A stretch of 62,515 bases of DNA from positions 1 to 62,515 of IMG/VR virus record IMGVR_UViG_3300028586_000413. One strand, written 5' to 3'. The position numbers and the translations under genes are program-made. The stretch is from a virus (Duplodnaviria > Caudoviricetes). The notes under the pieces were generated by a model, which searched no databases, was not told the origin of the DNA, and saw only the letters and a program-made list of their open reading frames with translations. Shown one piece after another: positions 54,101 through 61,051 of the stretch (positions are counted from its first letter, which is position 1; each line of letters opens with the position of its first letter).

Positions 54101-54138
54101 TTCGTAACGATGCTTTGGTCACAGCACAGGAGGGTTAA
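48148..54138 (+). CDS. Tape measure protein with C-terminal DUF4214-like repeats
   Basis: 1996 aa, Ala-rich, LRGEEFNAV.E motif, FAVGTNY...VHQGERI C-terminal motif. Confidence 0.95.
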   Translation: MSTITNEAVIKVNVDATGVEEGNRRIDASTARTGKNLENLGATAQKTGKSLDTLGSGPGLRNVGDGAGAAAGQVDRATKSMAESIQRATATMNAGAKGSAAYYEALANSRGLNIATLRPYLDQLDAVTRKTAQAAAAQRQLDAGNNFLAGLRSQADGIGKTASQLAALRAEELGVADAARPLIEQLQAAEEAAGNAGSSMSGFSAVLASVASGATVAAIAQLSDEYGAYVGQLKLATSGQSEFANAQAATRRIAATAQSDLSATGALYASITKGTRDLGIAQRQVADITEVVSLGLKVSNASAQASASAIYQLTQAFGMGVLRGEEFNAVNEASPRLMQALADGIGVPVGALRAMAEQGALTTEVLASALPRALATLRTEAKSVESIGGAVTVLKNNLMEMVGSTAQSNGAVSLLSASIGLLADNLVLVGGVVATAAVAKLGSMFGLAATKAYENVAASRALAAANLATANTNVAAAAAASATATARVNELRAAVLAAEGNAALAIATNGLIPAQARAAAAAAAHTTALTAQAAAARAASVSITAARGALALVGGPVGAVITVLGLAATAWAVWGNEAEKANDKAAESTEETTADMIARLDEQIAKLRERNALAATEPRIKELDGISEVDKDGLARAKAALDANKSAQAAAGNDARSRMMLQLEEVELSGKYEAALGRVKALQGEVAVAAARTRGERLDDWYAKNGTSAQRLAAELDDLKKQFGTIPPEMEKLVRAKFADPAATKALADQAKAAKEYAALIDRISGKSLGVDADYVENLQKLAGGYAAGEQSMADYVATVEAYIKQQPFAKQAAEERLRALKELSDFQDGYSKGLEATSGVYAKRVQDAQDEATRNEELARTYGMTKSAVEAFELARLEEQLAQRLTLGLTLTEIETLEKLIEAKKRNAGAVAQMAGVDAAKKAAEELTDFLDPARAQSFGDALREAFGGAGDSISKLTASLSGFSQRQAEIDKNRGNAALLYLEGKKTEVEYLADVEALSKRGTQNQLAGYGAMTGAAAGFFGEQSRGYKALQTASQVFHAAELAMTLAELVPKGISAVLSQGSGDPYTAFGRMAAMAAIVAGLGVAIGGVSGGGVPLSQQRQEAQGTGTVLGSDAKSESIARSLDAIEGATLQGLGISNGMLTSLRNIEAGIGQFASLLVRTTGVTGDFGKDMATRGSADEFGRSTLGMFATGGFWGLAIDKLTGGWLGKITGSVLGKIFGGKTTVEDTGLTIDPASFASIMGGGLNAMQFADIKKDGGWFGKDKYSTKTEGLGEEGNRQIASVLMSLYDTVLEAGTMLGLGADGFAAQLNSFVVDIGMVSLKGLSDDEIEKELSAVFSKVGDELASFGVDGLQQFQKVGEGYLETLTRVATNYQAVAVVTDSLGMTFGSLGLASVGARERLIDLVGGLDEFTSSADQFLSDFYTDQERANSLRARISSTLDQFGIKTGAEDSLQQFRSVVTGLDLTTEAGARAYATLIQIAPAFKQIADVDASMLEKRRELEIEVMELLGDKSGALAASRKAELVALDPSLRALQLRAYALQDEAAALDTSNALLGIQAQIFELTGDKAGAAAVLAQQHANALAALDPALRGATQQLWELQAAAQVKADAASLMSGVDGAYAQLQKMVERQKKALQEEITVRTESIKKIEALSQSLRSTLDSMTVSEPSKADRQAAQAQIQAALAIAIASGKLPSADDLKGALSVLGKDSKDLFATQQDYLRDFYASRGGIEDLAKLTDKSLSAEERSLKALEDQVKQFDLMLEVEQEQIDILKGLNTVGLSIEQAILALHAAMGAAAANPVNSAGMAINDAYRESLGRVPDAAGLDYWKNVAAGGTSTGAIVDSIKNSPEAQLQKLYKEVFGRSADAAGLDYWLGQVNKGVSLGAIKDTFENSDEKKLRGFAVGTNYIPVDMPAMVHQGERIIPAADNRELMRRLASPERNNEVLTAAVERLTREVEGLRAETRAVATHTEKSGRLLGRVIRNDALVTAQEG

Positions 54139-55046
54139 TGAGCGGTATGAAAATCATCAAGCCGACCGTCATTACCGACGCGATGCTGGTGAGCAGCTCG
54201 GTGCCGGAGCCGGACGTCGGCGAGGAGGCCTGGGTCGCGACAAAAGCCTATGCGGTGAAGGATGTCGTGATTCGGGCCACCACCCATCGCAAGTATGAGC
54301 GAAAGGTGGCCGGAACTACCGCGAAGACCCCGGAAAGCGACCCGGACAACTGGTTCGATATCGGACCCACCAACCGGTGGGCGATGTTCGACCGGAAGGT
54401 CGGGACGGTCACCAGTTCTGCGGGGCCGCTGGTGGTGGTTCTGCGCGCCGGCGGTGTATCCGGCCTTGGCGCGCTGGAGTTGACGGGACGGCAGTTGAAG
54501 GCGTCGCTCACCGACTCTCCAGGTGGACCGGTCGTCTACAGCAAGACAATCGCCCTTGACGGGACAGTAATCGAGAGCGTCTACGACTGGTTTTTCTCGG
54601 ATTACGAGCAGCTTACCGACGCGGTAATGATCGATCTGCCGCAGCACTTCCTCAGTGGCGAGCTGACGATCGAGCTGACCGGGACATCCGGTGTAGAGAT
54701 CGGCGTGCTCCAGGTTGGCCAGGTCGTAGACGTCGGCATGACCAAGAAAGGGGCATCGGTCGGAATCAGCGACTTCAGCAAGAAAGATCGCGACACTTAC
54801 GGCAACTTCGACATCCTTGAGCGGACCTGGAGCAAGAACAGCAGCATGCAGGTGCTCACCGAAGCCCGGGACCTCAACAAGATTTACCGCAAGCTCGCCG
54901 CGCTGCGTGCGACAGCTTGCATCTACATCGGAACCGACCGGATCGGGTTCGAGCCCTTGATTACTTATGGGTTTTACAAAGACTTCGGGATCACCGTCGA
55001 CTACGAACGGTATCACCTGCTCAATATCGAGATTGAAGGACTCTAA
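54138..55046 (+). CDS. Tail tip protein
   Basis: Follows the tape measure gene; W..IGPTNRWAMFD motif. Confidence 0.7.
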   Translation: MSGMKIIKPTVITDAMLVSSSVPEPDVGEEAWVATKAYAVKDVVIRATTHRKYERKVAGTTAKTPESDPDNWFDIGPTNRWAMFDRKVGTVTSSAGPLVVVLRAGGVSGLGALELTGRQLKASLTDSPGGPVVYSKTIALDGTVIESVYDWFFSDYEQLTDAVMIDLPQHFLSGELTIELTGTSGVEIGVLQVGQVVDVGMTKKGASVGISDFSKKDRDTYGNFDILERTWSKNSSMQVLTEARDLNKIYRKLAALRATACIYIGTDRIGFEPLITYGFYKDFGITVDYERYHLLNIEIEGL

Positions 55047-56096
55047 ATGGCGATGACCCCCATCACCCCGCTTGATCGCACGGCACCGACGTTCAAGAGC
55101 GACCTTGACCAGTTCTTCCTCACCGAAATGCCACGCGTGGCCGAGGAATTCAACGCTGGAATTGGCGATTTCAATGCGGCTCTCGCCGGGGGCGCTTACG
55201 CGTTCCCGTTTGTGTTCGACAGCGCAACTGTGGACGCCGACCCCGGCCCCGGAGAGCTTCGTCTGTCGAGTGCCACGCAGAATGCTGCGACCGCGCTCCG
55301 AATCGACGTGCTCACGATGGGTGGAGCGAGCCTGAGTGCTCTGTTCGATACGCTGCAGTCGGTAACCAGTGCCGTCAAGGGCGCGGTACGAATCGTCAAA
55401 TCGGCCGACCCATCCAAATGGCTGCTGTTCGATGTCACCGCAGTGGGCACCGGCGCCGGCTACCGCAATATGACGGTCGTGCATCGAGCGGGCAGTACCG
55501 CGAGCCCGTTCGCAAACGGGGACGCGCTCATGGTCTATATCGAGCGCAACGGCGATAAGGGGGACCTGCCCTTGGGCGGTGCGCTCACTTGCTTGGTTTC
55601 GGAAGCCTTAGTCGGGCCGCTGGCCGTCATCAGCTATCCCAATCTGTTCACCAGCGACTACGACCATTACCTGATCAGGCTGTCGGAGTTCCAAAGCTCA
55701 GGCGCAACCAACGTCCACATGCGGCTGGCGGTTGCCGGGGCCTTCGTGTCGAGTACAGTCTATTCACAGCAACCCGTTCCGCACTCGACCCAAGTTCCTA
55801 TAGCAACGAATGCGATGGGGTTGCTGTCGTCGACCGCTGCAGCAAGCCCGCCTTCGCCTGGCCTATCAATCGATCTTCTCAACGTCAACGCTGTTGACTC
55901 TATAAAAATGGCTATTGTCGACGGTGTACATACCGCTGGCGGAGGCACCTATCAAAGTACCGCAGGACTAGCTGCGGCCAATATCTTAAGCCGTGTTAGT
56001 GGCTTTCAGCTCATCCCTTCCGGCAGCGTGACTTTTACTAAAGGTAAGCTGGAAGTATTCGGCTACCGCAACCAAACCGGCCCAGGAGTATTTTGA
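55047..56096 (+). CDS. Tail fibre / receptor-binding protein
   Basis: DADPGPG.LR motif, lower-GC C-terminal half, upstream of a chaperone. Confidence 0.65.
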   Translation: MAMTPITPLDRTAPTFKSDLDQFFLTEMPRVAEEFNAGIGDFNAALAGGAYAFPFVFDSATVDADPGPGELRLSSATQNAATALRIDVLTMGGASLSALFDTLQSVTSAVKGAVRIVKSADPSKWLLFDVTAVGTGAGYRNMTVVHRAGSTASPFANGDALMVYIERNGDKGDLPLGGALTCLVSEALVGPLAVISYPNLFTSDYDHYLIRLSEFQSSGATNVHMRLAVAGAFVSSTVYSQQPVPHSTQVPIATNAMGLLSSTAAASPPSPGLSIDLLNVNAVDSIKMAIVDGVHTAGGGTYQSTAGLAAANILSRVSGFQLIPSGSVTFTKGKLEVFGYRNQTGPGVF

Positions 56097-56536
56097 TGAT
56101 CCCCTTAATCCTTGAAGACGGCCAATACCGCGAGGCGACATCTGAAGAGCTCGCTGATATTGACCTTCGCCAAGCAGAGATCGGTTCGTCGATGCGTGCT
56201 AAGAAGAACGCAGAGATCGATCAGTGGCGCGCAGCCGCCAATGCCTCGACATTCCCGCACGCCGGAAAGCAGATCGCCTGTGATGCCCTGTCCCGGTCCG
56301 ACCTCGATGGCGTGGCGCACCATATCGCACTGTTCGACGCGTTTCCCGAAGGCTTTCCCGGCGGATGGAAGGCGACCGACAAGACAATGCTGCCGCTTGT
56401 CGACGTCGACGCCTTCCGTGCCATGTACGCCTCGATGACTGCCCAAGGCGCCGAGAACTTCAACCACTCGCAGGACCTGAAGGATGCGCTGGCGGAGGCC
56501 AGCACGCCGGAAGAGATCGCGGCCATTCAATGGTGA
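56093..56536 (+). CDS. DUF4376-like tail fibre assembly protein
   Basis: K..EI..WR, WK..D, A.T.EEI.AI.W motifs. Confidence 0.8.
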   Translation: MMIPLILEDGQYREATSEELADIDLRQAEIGSSMRAKKNAEIDQWRAAANASTFPHAGKQIACDALSRSDLDGVAHHIALFDAFPEGFPGGWKATDKTMLPLVDVDAFRAMYASMTAQGAENFNHSQDLKDALAEASTPEEIAAIQW

Positions 56537-56540
56537 CCAT

Positions 56541-57005
56541 ATGAAAGCAGCGTTCTACAAGGGCACGCGCCCGGGCCTGGCCGGCATCTACAACCGCCTG
56601 GTGCGGTGGTGGACACGCAGTGACTTTTCCCACGTCGAGCTCGTGCTGTCGACCGGTCGCGCCTGGTCGGCCTCGTTCGCCGACGGCGGCGTGCGCAACA
56701 AGCTGATCGACTTCGACACGAAGAACTGGATCTTGGTCGACCTGCCGCCAGAGCTCGAGCAGGCCGCCGAGGCCTGGTTCCGCGCGCACCGCGGCGCCAA
56801 GTACGACCTGCTGGGCAACCTGCAGTTCGTCCTGGCGCCGGTGCCGCAGTTGCAAAGCCGCTGGTTCTGCTCCGAGGCCGTGGCCGCCGCGCTCGGCATC
56901 CCGGACCCCTGGCGATACTCGCCCGGTACGCTGGCTAGCGCGCTCACCCTCCTGACCAAACCCGCTTCGGCGGGTTTTTCTTTTCCTGCAGCACCCACAC
57001 CATGA
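56541..57005 (+). CDS. Permuted papain-like (NlpC/P60, YiiX-like) protein
   Basis: SHVEL...KYD..G...WFCSE (His before Cys). Confidence 0.75.
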   Translation: MKAAFYKGTRPGLAGIYNRLVRWWTRSDFSHVELVLSTGRAWSASFADGGVRNKLIDFDTKNWILVDLPPELEQAAEAWFRAHRGAKYDLLGNLQFVLAPVPQLQSRWFCSEAVAAALGIPDPWRYSPGTLASALTLLTKPASAGFSFPAAPTP

Positions 57006-57016
57006 AGGCATCCCCA

Positions 57017-57397
57017 ATGAGTGAACCAATTTCCGGCGCCGCCGCCGGGGCTTTCGGCTGGAAGCTGCTGGGCGGCTTGGTCGGCATCGCCGCGATCGGC
57101 GCCGGCTTGGCGTCGGTGGTCGTGATGTGCGCCATGACGCCCCGTAGCCCGCGCGAATGGGCCGTGGGCCTCATCTCGACCGTCGTGTTCTCGATCGGCG
57201 GCGGTGCGGCCGTGATCCAGCACTACGGTCTCGACGCTTGGGCGCACACTCCCATCGGCCTGGTCGCAATGCTGGGCCTCGTGTTCGCCTGCGGGCTGCC
57301 AGGCTGGGCCATCGTGCGCTGGCTGTTCAACTACATCGAGGCGAAGCGGACTGCGACGCTCGCCGACGTGGTGCGCGACGTTCGGGGCCAGCCATGA
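57017..57397 (+). CDS. Holin
   Basis: Three hydrophobic helices, upstream of the endolysin. Confidence 0.75.
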   Translation: MSEPISGAAAGAFGWKLLGGLVGIAAIGAGLASVVVMCAMTPRSPREWAVGLISTVVFSIGGGAAVIQHYGLDAWAHTPIGLVAMLGLVFACGLPGWAIVRWLFNYIEAKRTATLADVVRDVRGQP

Positions 57398-58059
57398 TCG
57401 TCACGGCTGAGACCATCCGCCGCGTGGCGCCGCAGTGCGGCACCAATGCGGCCGCCGTCGCCGCGGCGCTGCAGCCGGCGCTCGAGCGCTTCGGGGTCAC
57501 TACCCGCCGCCGCCTGGCGCACTTCCTGGCCCAGGTGGCGCACGAGAGCGGCGGCTTCACGCGCAAGCGCGAGAACTTGAACTACACGCCGTCCGCCATC
57601 CTGTCGACGTTCAACACCGGGACGTTGACGCGCTTCACGCCGGCACAGGCCGAGCGCTACGGCCGGACTACGGCGCATCCCGCTGACCAGGTAGCGATCG
57701 CCACCATCGCCTACGCGAACCGCATGGGGAACCGCGGGCCCGAGAGCGGTGATGGCTGGCGCACGCGTGGCGCCGGCTGGATGCAAATCACCGGCACCAC
57801 GAACCACAACGCGGTCGCAGACTTCTTCGGCCTGTCGCGCGAAACGATCGGCGGCTGGCTGTCGACAGACATGGGCGCCGCCTTGGGCGCCGGTTGGTTC
57901 TGGCACGTCAACAACTTGAATCGCTGGGCCGACCTTGGCGATGTCGACGGCGTATCCGACTGCATCAACATCGGCCGTAAGACGGAGCGGATCGGCGACG
58001 CCATCGGCTACATCGAGCGGCGCGCGCTGACCGACCAGGCCATGAAGGCGATTCCATGA
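57394..58059 (+). CDS. Endolysin, glycoside hydrolase family 19
   Basis: FLAQVAHES, ENLNY, YANRMGN, DGW..RG.G..QITG..N motifs. Confidence 0.93.
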   Translation: MIVTAETIRRVAPQCGTNAAAVAAALQPALERFGVTTRRRLAHFLAQVAHESGGFTRKRENLNYTPSAILSTFNTGTLTRFTPAQAERYGRTTAHPADQVAIATIAYANRMGNRGPESGDGWRTRGAGWMQITGTTNHNAVADFFGLSRETIGGWLSTDMGAALGAGWFWHVNNLNRWADLGDVDGVSDCINIGRKTERIGDAIGYIERRALTDQAMKAIP

Positions 58060-58433
58060 TCCCGGCGCCATACCGAACGCTGGCGGTCGTCATCCTGGTG
58101 CTGGTAGGCCTGCTGCTGGCCGGCGCCGGCGGCTGGTTCGCCAACGGCTGGCGCCACGACGCCGAGATCGCCGACCTGCGACGTGCGCATGCCGAATACC
58201 GCGCCGGCCTGTCCGAGCAGGCGCTGGCCGACGTCCAGGCCGATGCAAAGACGATCCGCACCGCGGCGGCCGAGTTCGCCGCCATCCAATCCACCCTGGC
58301 GCCGCGCATGACGGCGCTCACCAAGGAGCTGCGCAATGCGAAGCCTCTGCCTCCTGATTGCCGTCCTGACCCTGTCCGCGTGCGCAACCTCGACGCCGCA
58401 ATCGATGCCGCCAACAAAAGCATCCCTCGATAG
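58056..58433 (+). CDS. i-spanin (Rz-like)
   Basis: N-terminal TM plus coiled coil, after the endolysin. Confidence 0.8.
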   Translation: MIPAPYRTLAVVILVLVGLLLAGAGGWFANGWRHDAEIADLRRAHAEYRAGLSEQALADVQADAKTIRTAAAEFAAIQSTLAPRMTALTKELRNAKPLPPDCRPDPVRVRNLDAAIDAANKSIPR

Positions 58434-58578
58434 CGAGCTAGCGACCCTGTGCCCACCGATCGAGCGCCCTACCGCGCCGGACTATGACGACTGGCAGGAA
58501 TGGGGCAACGGGCTTATTGCTCAATATGCGGTGTGCGCGATCCGCCACGCGAAGACGGTTCAGGCTTGGCCGAAATGA
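58336..58578 (+). CDS. o-spanin (Rz1-like lipoprotein)
   Basis: LSAC lipobox, Pro-rich, overlaps Rz in another frame. Confidence 0.85.
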   Translation: MRSLCLLIAVLTLSACATSTPQSMPPTKASLDSELATLCPPIERPTAPDYDDWQEWGNGLIAQYAVCAIRHAKTVQAWPK

Positions 58579-58598
58579 TTGGCTAACAGTTATGCAGC

Positions 58599-59081
58599 CT
58601 ACAGGCAACGGTATCCCAGATTCCAGCCGACCTGATAGTTAGGGTTGTCGATTGATTGTGAGGCACCTTTTGTGAGCCCTACGTCTCGCCATATACCGCT
58701 ATATTCCCATCTAGCCACCCTTGTCATATTTGGGAAGTTGATGGGGTGCATTAGGGTTAGCCGGATTCGCACCGCATCGATTCCGGTCAGAGTTACACGT
58801 CGAGCGACCGTGTAATCATTGTTAGGATTTGTGTATTCCTCTCTCGTCGCGCTGACTCGGCCATTACATAAAACCTCGGTTTTTCCTTGGGCGCTGAATT
58901 TTTCCGTGGCTTCAAGCCTAAAGCCTGTCGTTTTTTCGTTCGTCCAACCATCCGGGATTTCAATCGTAGGACTATTAGTCTGTGCGGCGTGCGAAGCCTG
59001 TGTCAGTGGAAGGAAAATTAACCCGATTGCGCAGCAAAACAAAAAAGAGACGAATTGCTCATTCATTATTTTCTTCATCAT
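58599..59081 (-). CDS. Secreted hypothetical protein (moron)
   Basis: Signal peptide ending SHA; low GC; antisense to the lysis genes. Confidence 0.65.
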   Translation of the reverse strand: MMKKIMNEQFVSFLFCCAIGLIFLPLTQASHAAQTNSPTIEIPDGWTNEKTTGFRLEATEKFSAQGKTEVLCNGRVSATREEYTNPNNDYTVARRVTLTGIDAVRIRLTLMHPINFPNMTRVARWEYSGIWRDVGLTKGASQSIDNPNYQVGWNLGYRCL

Positions 59082-59196
59082 AGTCACCTAAAAAGTCAGA
59101 GGTAGATGCTCGCACTATGATCATAGTATGGCTGTTGTCGAGAAGGCAACCGCAAGATCGCTCAGTTAATGGGTCAGTTACTTAACAGTTGTTGGC

Positions 59197-59292
59197 TTCG
59201 ACGCGTGGCAGGCTTGGGCGATCGAGCTTCTGCAGCAATATGCCGAGTGCGCGGCGCGTCACGCCAAGGCGGTTCAGGCCTGGCCGAAGTGA
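59197..59292 (+). pseudogene. Remnant second copy of the Rz1 3' end
   Basis: FDAWQAWAIELLQQYAECAARHAKAVQAWPK* versus YDDWQEWGNGLIAQYAVCAIRHAKTVQAWPK*. Confidence 0.85.
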
Positions 59293-59387
59293 ACCGCTAT
59301 CTTTGATCTCTAGCGGTTCATTGTCGATTTTTCGAACGACCGTGCGCATACAATGGGGCTATCCAAATTGGACCCGAAGGTTGCCGC

Positions 59388-59693
59388 ATGCCAGTCGCTC
59401 TTGTTGTTGACCCTTTGCTTACAAGCCCAGGCTCCATGCGGGAGCTCTCCCACGAATCTTGGACGTTCGTGTTGGTAGAAACGCCAGCCAAAGCTATCGC
59501 AGCCATCCACGCCGTCGTATTTGATGCTGTTGCCGTCTCTAGCGCTGCCGTCGATCAGCGCGAATACGAGCCTCTTTTTTCCGCCATGAGGCTGGTGGCC
59601 CCTACTACCCGCCTGGTGGTTGTTGCTCGTAAGATGGCTCAGCCGACGTTATTCCTCGCCGAGGGCTTCCCTGAATCATCACTCGCTGAATGA
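59388..59693 (+). CDS. Hypothetical protein, weakly receiver-domain-like
   Basis: ALVVD start, alternating beta/alpha pattern, aagg RBS. Confidence 0.4.
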   Translation: MPVALVVDPLLTSPGSMRELSHESWTFVLVETPAKAIAAIHAVVFDAVAVSSAAVDQREYEPLFSAMRLVAPTTRLVVVARKMAQPTLFLAEGFPESSLAE

Positions 59694-59814
59694 CCGGCAG
59701 CGGCACGAGGCAGGTATGCAGTGAGAGGACGCCGGCCGCCATACCGAATACACCCGCGATGTTCACAGCGAGGTCGACCTGTACTGCCGTCAATCGATCA
59801 GTTCGTTTATCCAT
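59605..59814 (-). CDS. Small hypothetical protein
   Basis: 69-aa ORF overlapping the 3' end of the previous ORF. Confidence 0.35.
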   Translation of the reverse strand: MDKRTDRLTAVQVDLAVNIAGVFGMAAGVLSLHTCLVPLPVIQRVMIQGSPRRGITSAEPSYEQQPPGG

Positions 59815-59871
59815 GGAAAAATCTTACCGGCTGGACGCAACGCGAGTTTGAGCCAGATCAAGTTCTGGTCT

Positions 59872-59896
59872 TGCTATACTGTATAAATGAACAGTA
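59872..59896 (+). promoter_or_regulatory. LexA (SOS) box overlapping an extended -10 promoter
   Basis: taCTGTataaatgaACAGta (CTGT-N8-ACAG); TGcTATACT. Confidence 0.85.
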
Positions 59897-60138
59897 TTAA
59901 GCGATCGGGACGCGAGCCTCTCACCCGCGCCGACCTGACGGCAATCCAAGAAAAGCTGCGTGATACGCCAGAGGGGCGTGCGCTGCTGTGGGAGGTGTTC
60001 CGGCTGCGCACGGTGGTGCTCAGGTCGCACGACTACCTGCGGCTTAACCCGCAGTCGTCTACTGCGTCGATCATGCGTGAAGGCCTGATACGCGAACTGG
60101 ATGACGAGCCGGTGGTGCGTGAGCAGCCCAAACTATAG
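59887..60138 (+). CDS. SOS-regulated small hypothetical protein
   Basis: PLT..DL..I...RALLWEV.RLR motif; SOS box at the start, terminator after. Confidence 0.75.
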   Translation: MNSIKRSGREPLTRADLTAIQEKLRDTPEGRALLWEVFRLRTVVLRSHDYLRLNPQSSTASIMREGLIRELDDEPVVREQPKL

Positions 60139-60162
60139 GCGCAAGCGCAGTCCGGCCGAACG

Positions 60163-60192
60163 CAAAAAAAGCCACCGCGAGGGTGGCTTCTT
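60163..60192. terminator. Intrinsic terminator, bidirectional type
   Basis: A run, agccacc-gcgag-ggtggct hairpin. Confidence 0.75.
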
Positions 60193-60286
60193 CGTTTCAG
60201 ACCGTTGGAAAATTCCAAAATTCGTTGGAAATTTCACTATCCGAAAAATTCAAATTCGCATAACCGCTTGAATCTGAAAGAATTTT

Positions 60287-60336
60287 TGGGGTGGCTGATG
60301 GGGCTCGAACCCACGACAACAGGAATCACAATCCTG
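60287..60336 (-). pseudogene. 3' half of tRNA-His(GTG), orphan att-like site
   Basis: Reverse complement caggattgtgattcctgttgtcgtgggttcgagccccatcagccacccca; no D-arm or 5' acceptor strand. Confidence 0.88.
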
Positions 60337-60360
60337 TTGTCGCAGGCCCGTTCAACCCGA

Positions 60361-60678
60361 CTAGCTTTTAATCGGTGCGTCTCCAAACGTCTTCCAGTTG
60401 TCGATCAGCCATTGCCGGACATTCGCTTGACCACGGGTGTTCGATGGCAAGTAGTCTTTGATCAAGCGTTCGGCATGCTTCGCACTCAGTGCATTACTCT
60501 CGCAAAGCTCATTCGCGAACTTGTTCACGAAGTACAGGACTTCGTACCATTCATCGCGGTTGAGGAGATCACTGTCCGGATGGGCGCGAAGTGCGGGGTT
60601 GTCCCCGCCTGCAGCGCCCGCGCTGTATCGGTATTGGAGGTCGCTCTTCTTGAGCGGGGAAAGACGATGGTCAGCCAT
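60361..60678 (-). CDS. Hypothetical protein
   Basis: aggga RBS; KSDLQY.Y, LNR.E.YEVL.F.N, WL..NW motifs. Confidence 0.7.
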   Translation of the reverse strand: MADHRLSPLKKSDLQYRYSAGAAGGDNPALRAHPDSDLLNRDEWYEVLYFVNKFANELCESNALSAKHAERLIKDYLPSNTRGQANVRQWLIDNWKTFGDAPIKS

Positions 60679-60851
60679 GGTTGAGTCCCTACAAGTACTG
60701 GAGCCAGAGGAATTCTTGCTCATCATTACGTGTGGAATATAGTGCTTAGAAAAGCAACTTCAATAGCTAAACGTAAACTATTTTCGGCAATGTGTTAGCT
60801 GGCGCTTTTTCATGCAAAATGCATACTTATCACTCAATCGATAATAAAAGC

Positions 60852-60924
60852 TGCGCTATTCAAAATATCCTCAATCAATCGAATCAAGCACTTAAGCCAG
60901 CACAATCAGTAAATGAATAGCGCA
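60852..60924. promoter_or_regulatory. Putative integrase arm-type sites, right end
   Basis: tgcgctattcaa (60852-60863) and inverted tgaatagcgca (60914-60924). Confidence 0.7.
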
Positions 60925-60980
60925 GGCTGCATGGCGCAAGAGCTTGATTCCATTGCCATAGAAGACAATAGAGCGTCTGA

Positions 60981-61025
60981 CTTCTAAGCTGTGGGTCGGG
61001 GGTTCGATTCCCTCAGGGCGGGCCA
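60981..61025 (+). repeat. attR core (3' half of tRNA-Arg)
   Basis: 45-bp identity to 3580-3624, beginning at the anticodon loop. Confidence 0.97.
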
Positions 61026-61051
61026 CACCGCGCATTCGATGCGCATCCTGC

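Larger units (their letters stand above)
3580..61025. mobile_element. Apparently complete temperate siphoprophage (~57.4 kb), lambdoid layout with HK97-type head
   Basis: Identical 45-bp flanking repeats, integrase, cI/cro, terminase, portal, capsid, tail, tape measure and lysis cassette. Confidence 0.97.

Noticed and set aside
54138-59300. Diversity-generating retroelement or invertible tail-fibre cassette
   Set aside because: No reverse transcriptase or invertase; the only duplication is the Rz1 remnant, whose differences are not adenine-specific
60205-60684. ORFs crossing tRNA sequence (also 60892-61092 and 3061-3507)
   Set aside because: GLEPTT/GIEPPT-type peptides are translations of tRNA reverse complements
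60960-61025. Intact second tRNA-Arg at attR (atagagcgtctga precedes the core)
   Set aside because: The anticodon and acceptor stems cannot pair with the upstream sequence; it is only the att fragment
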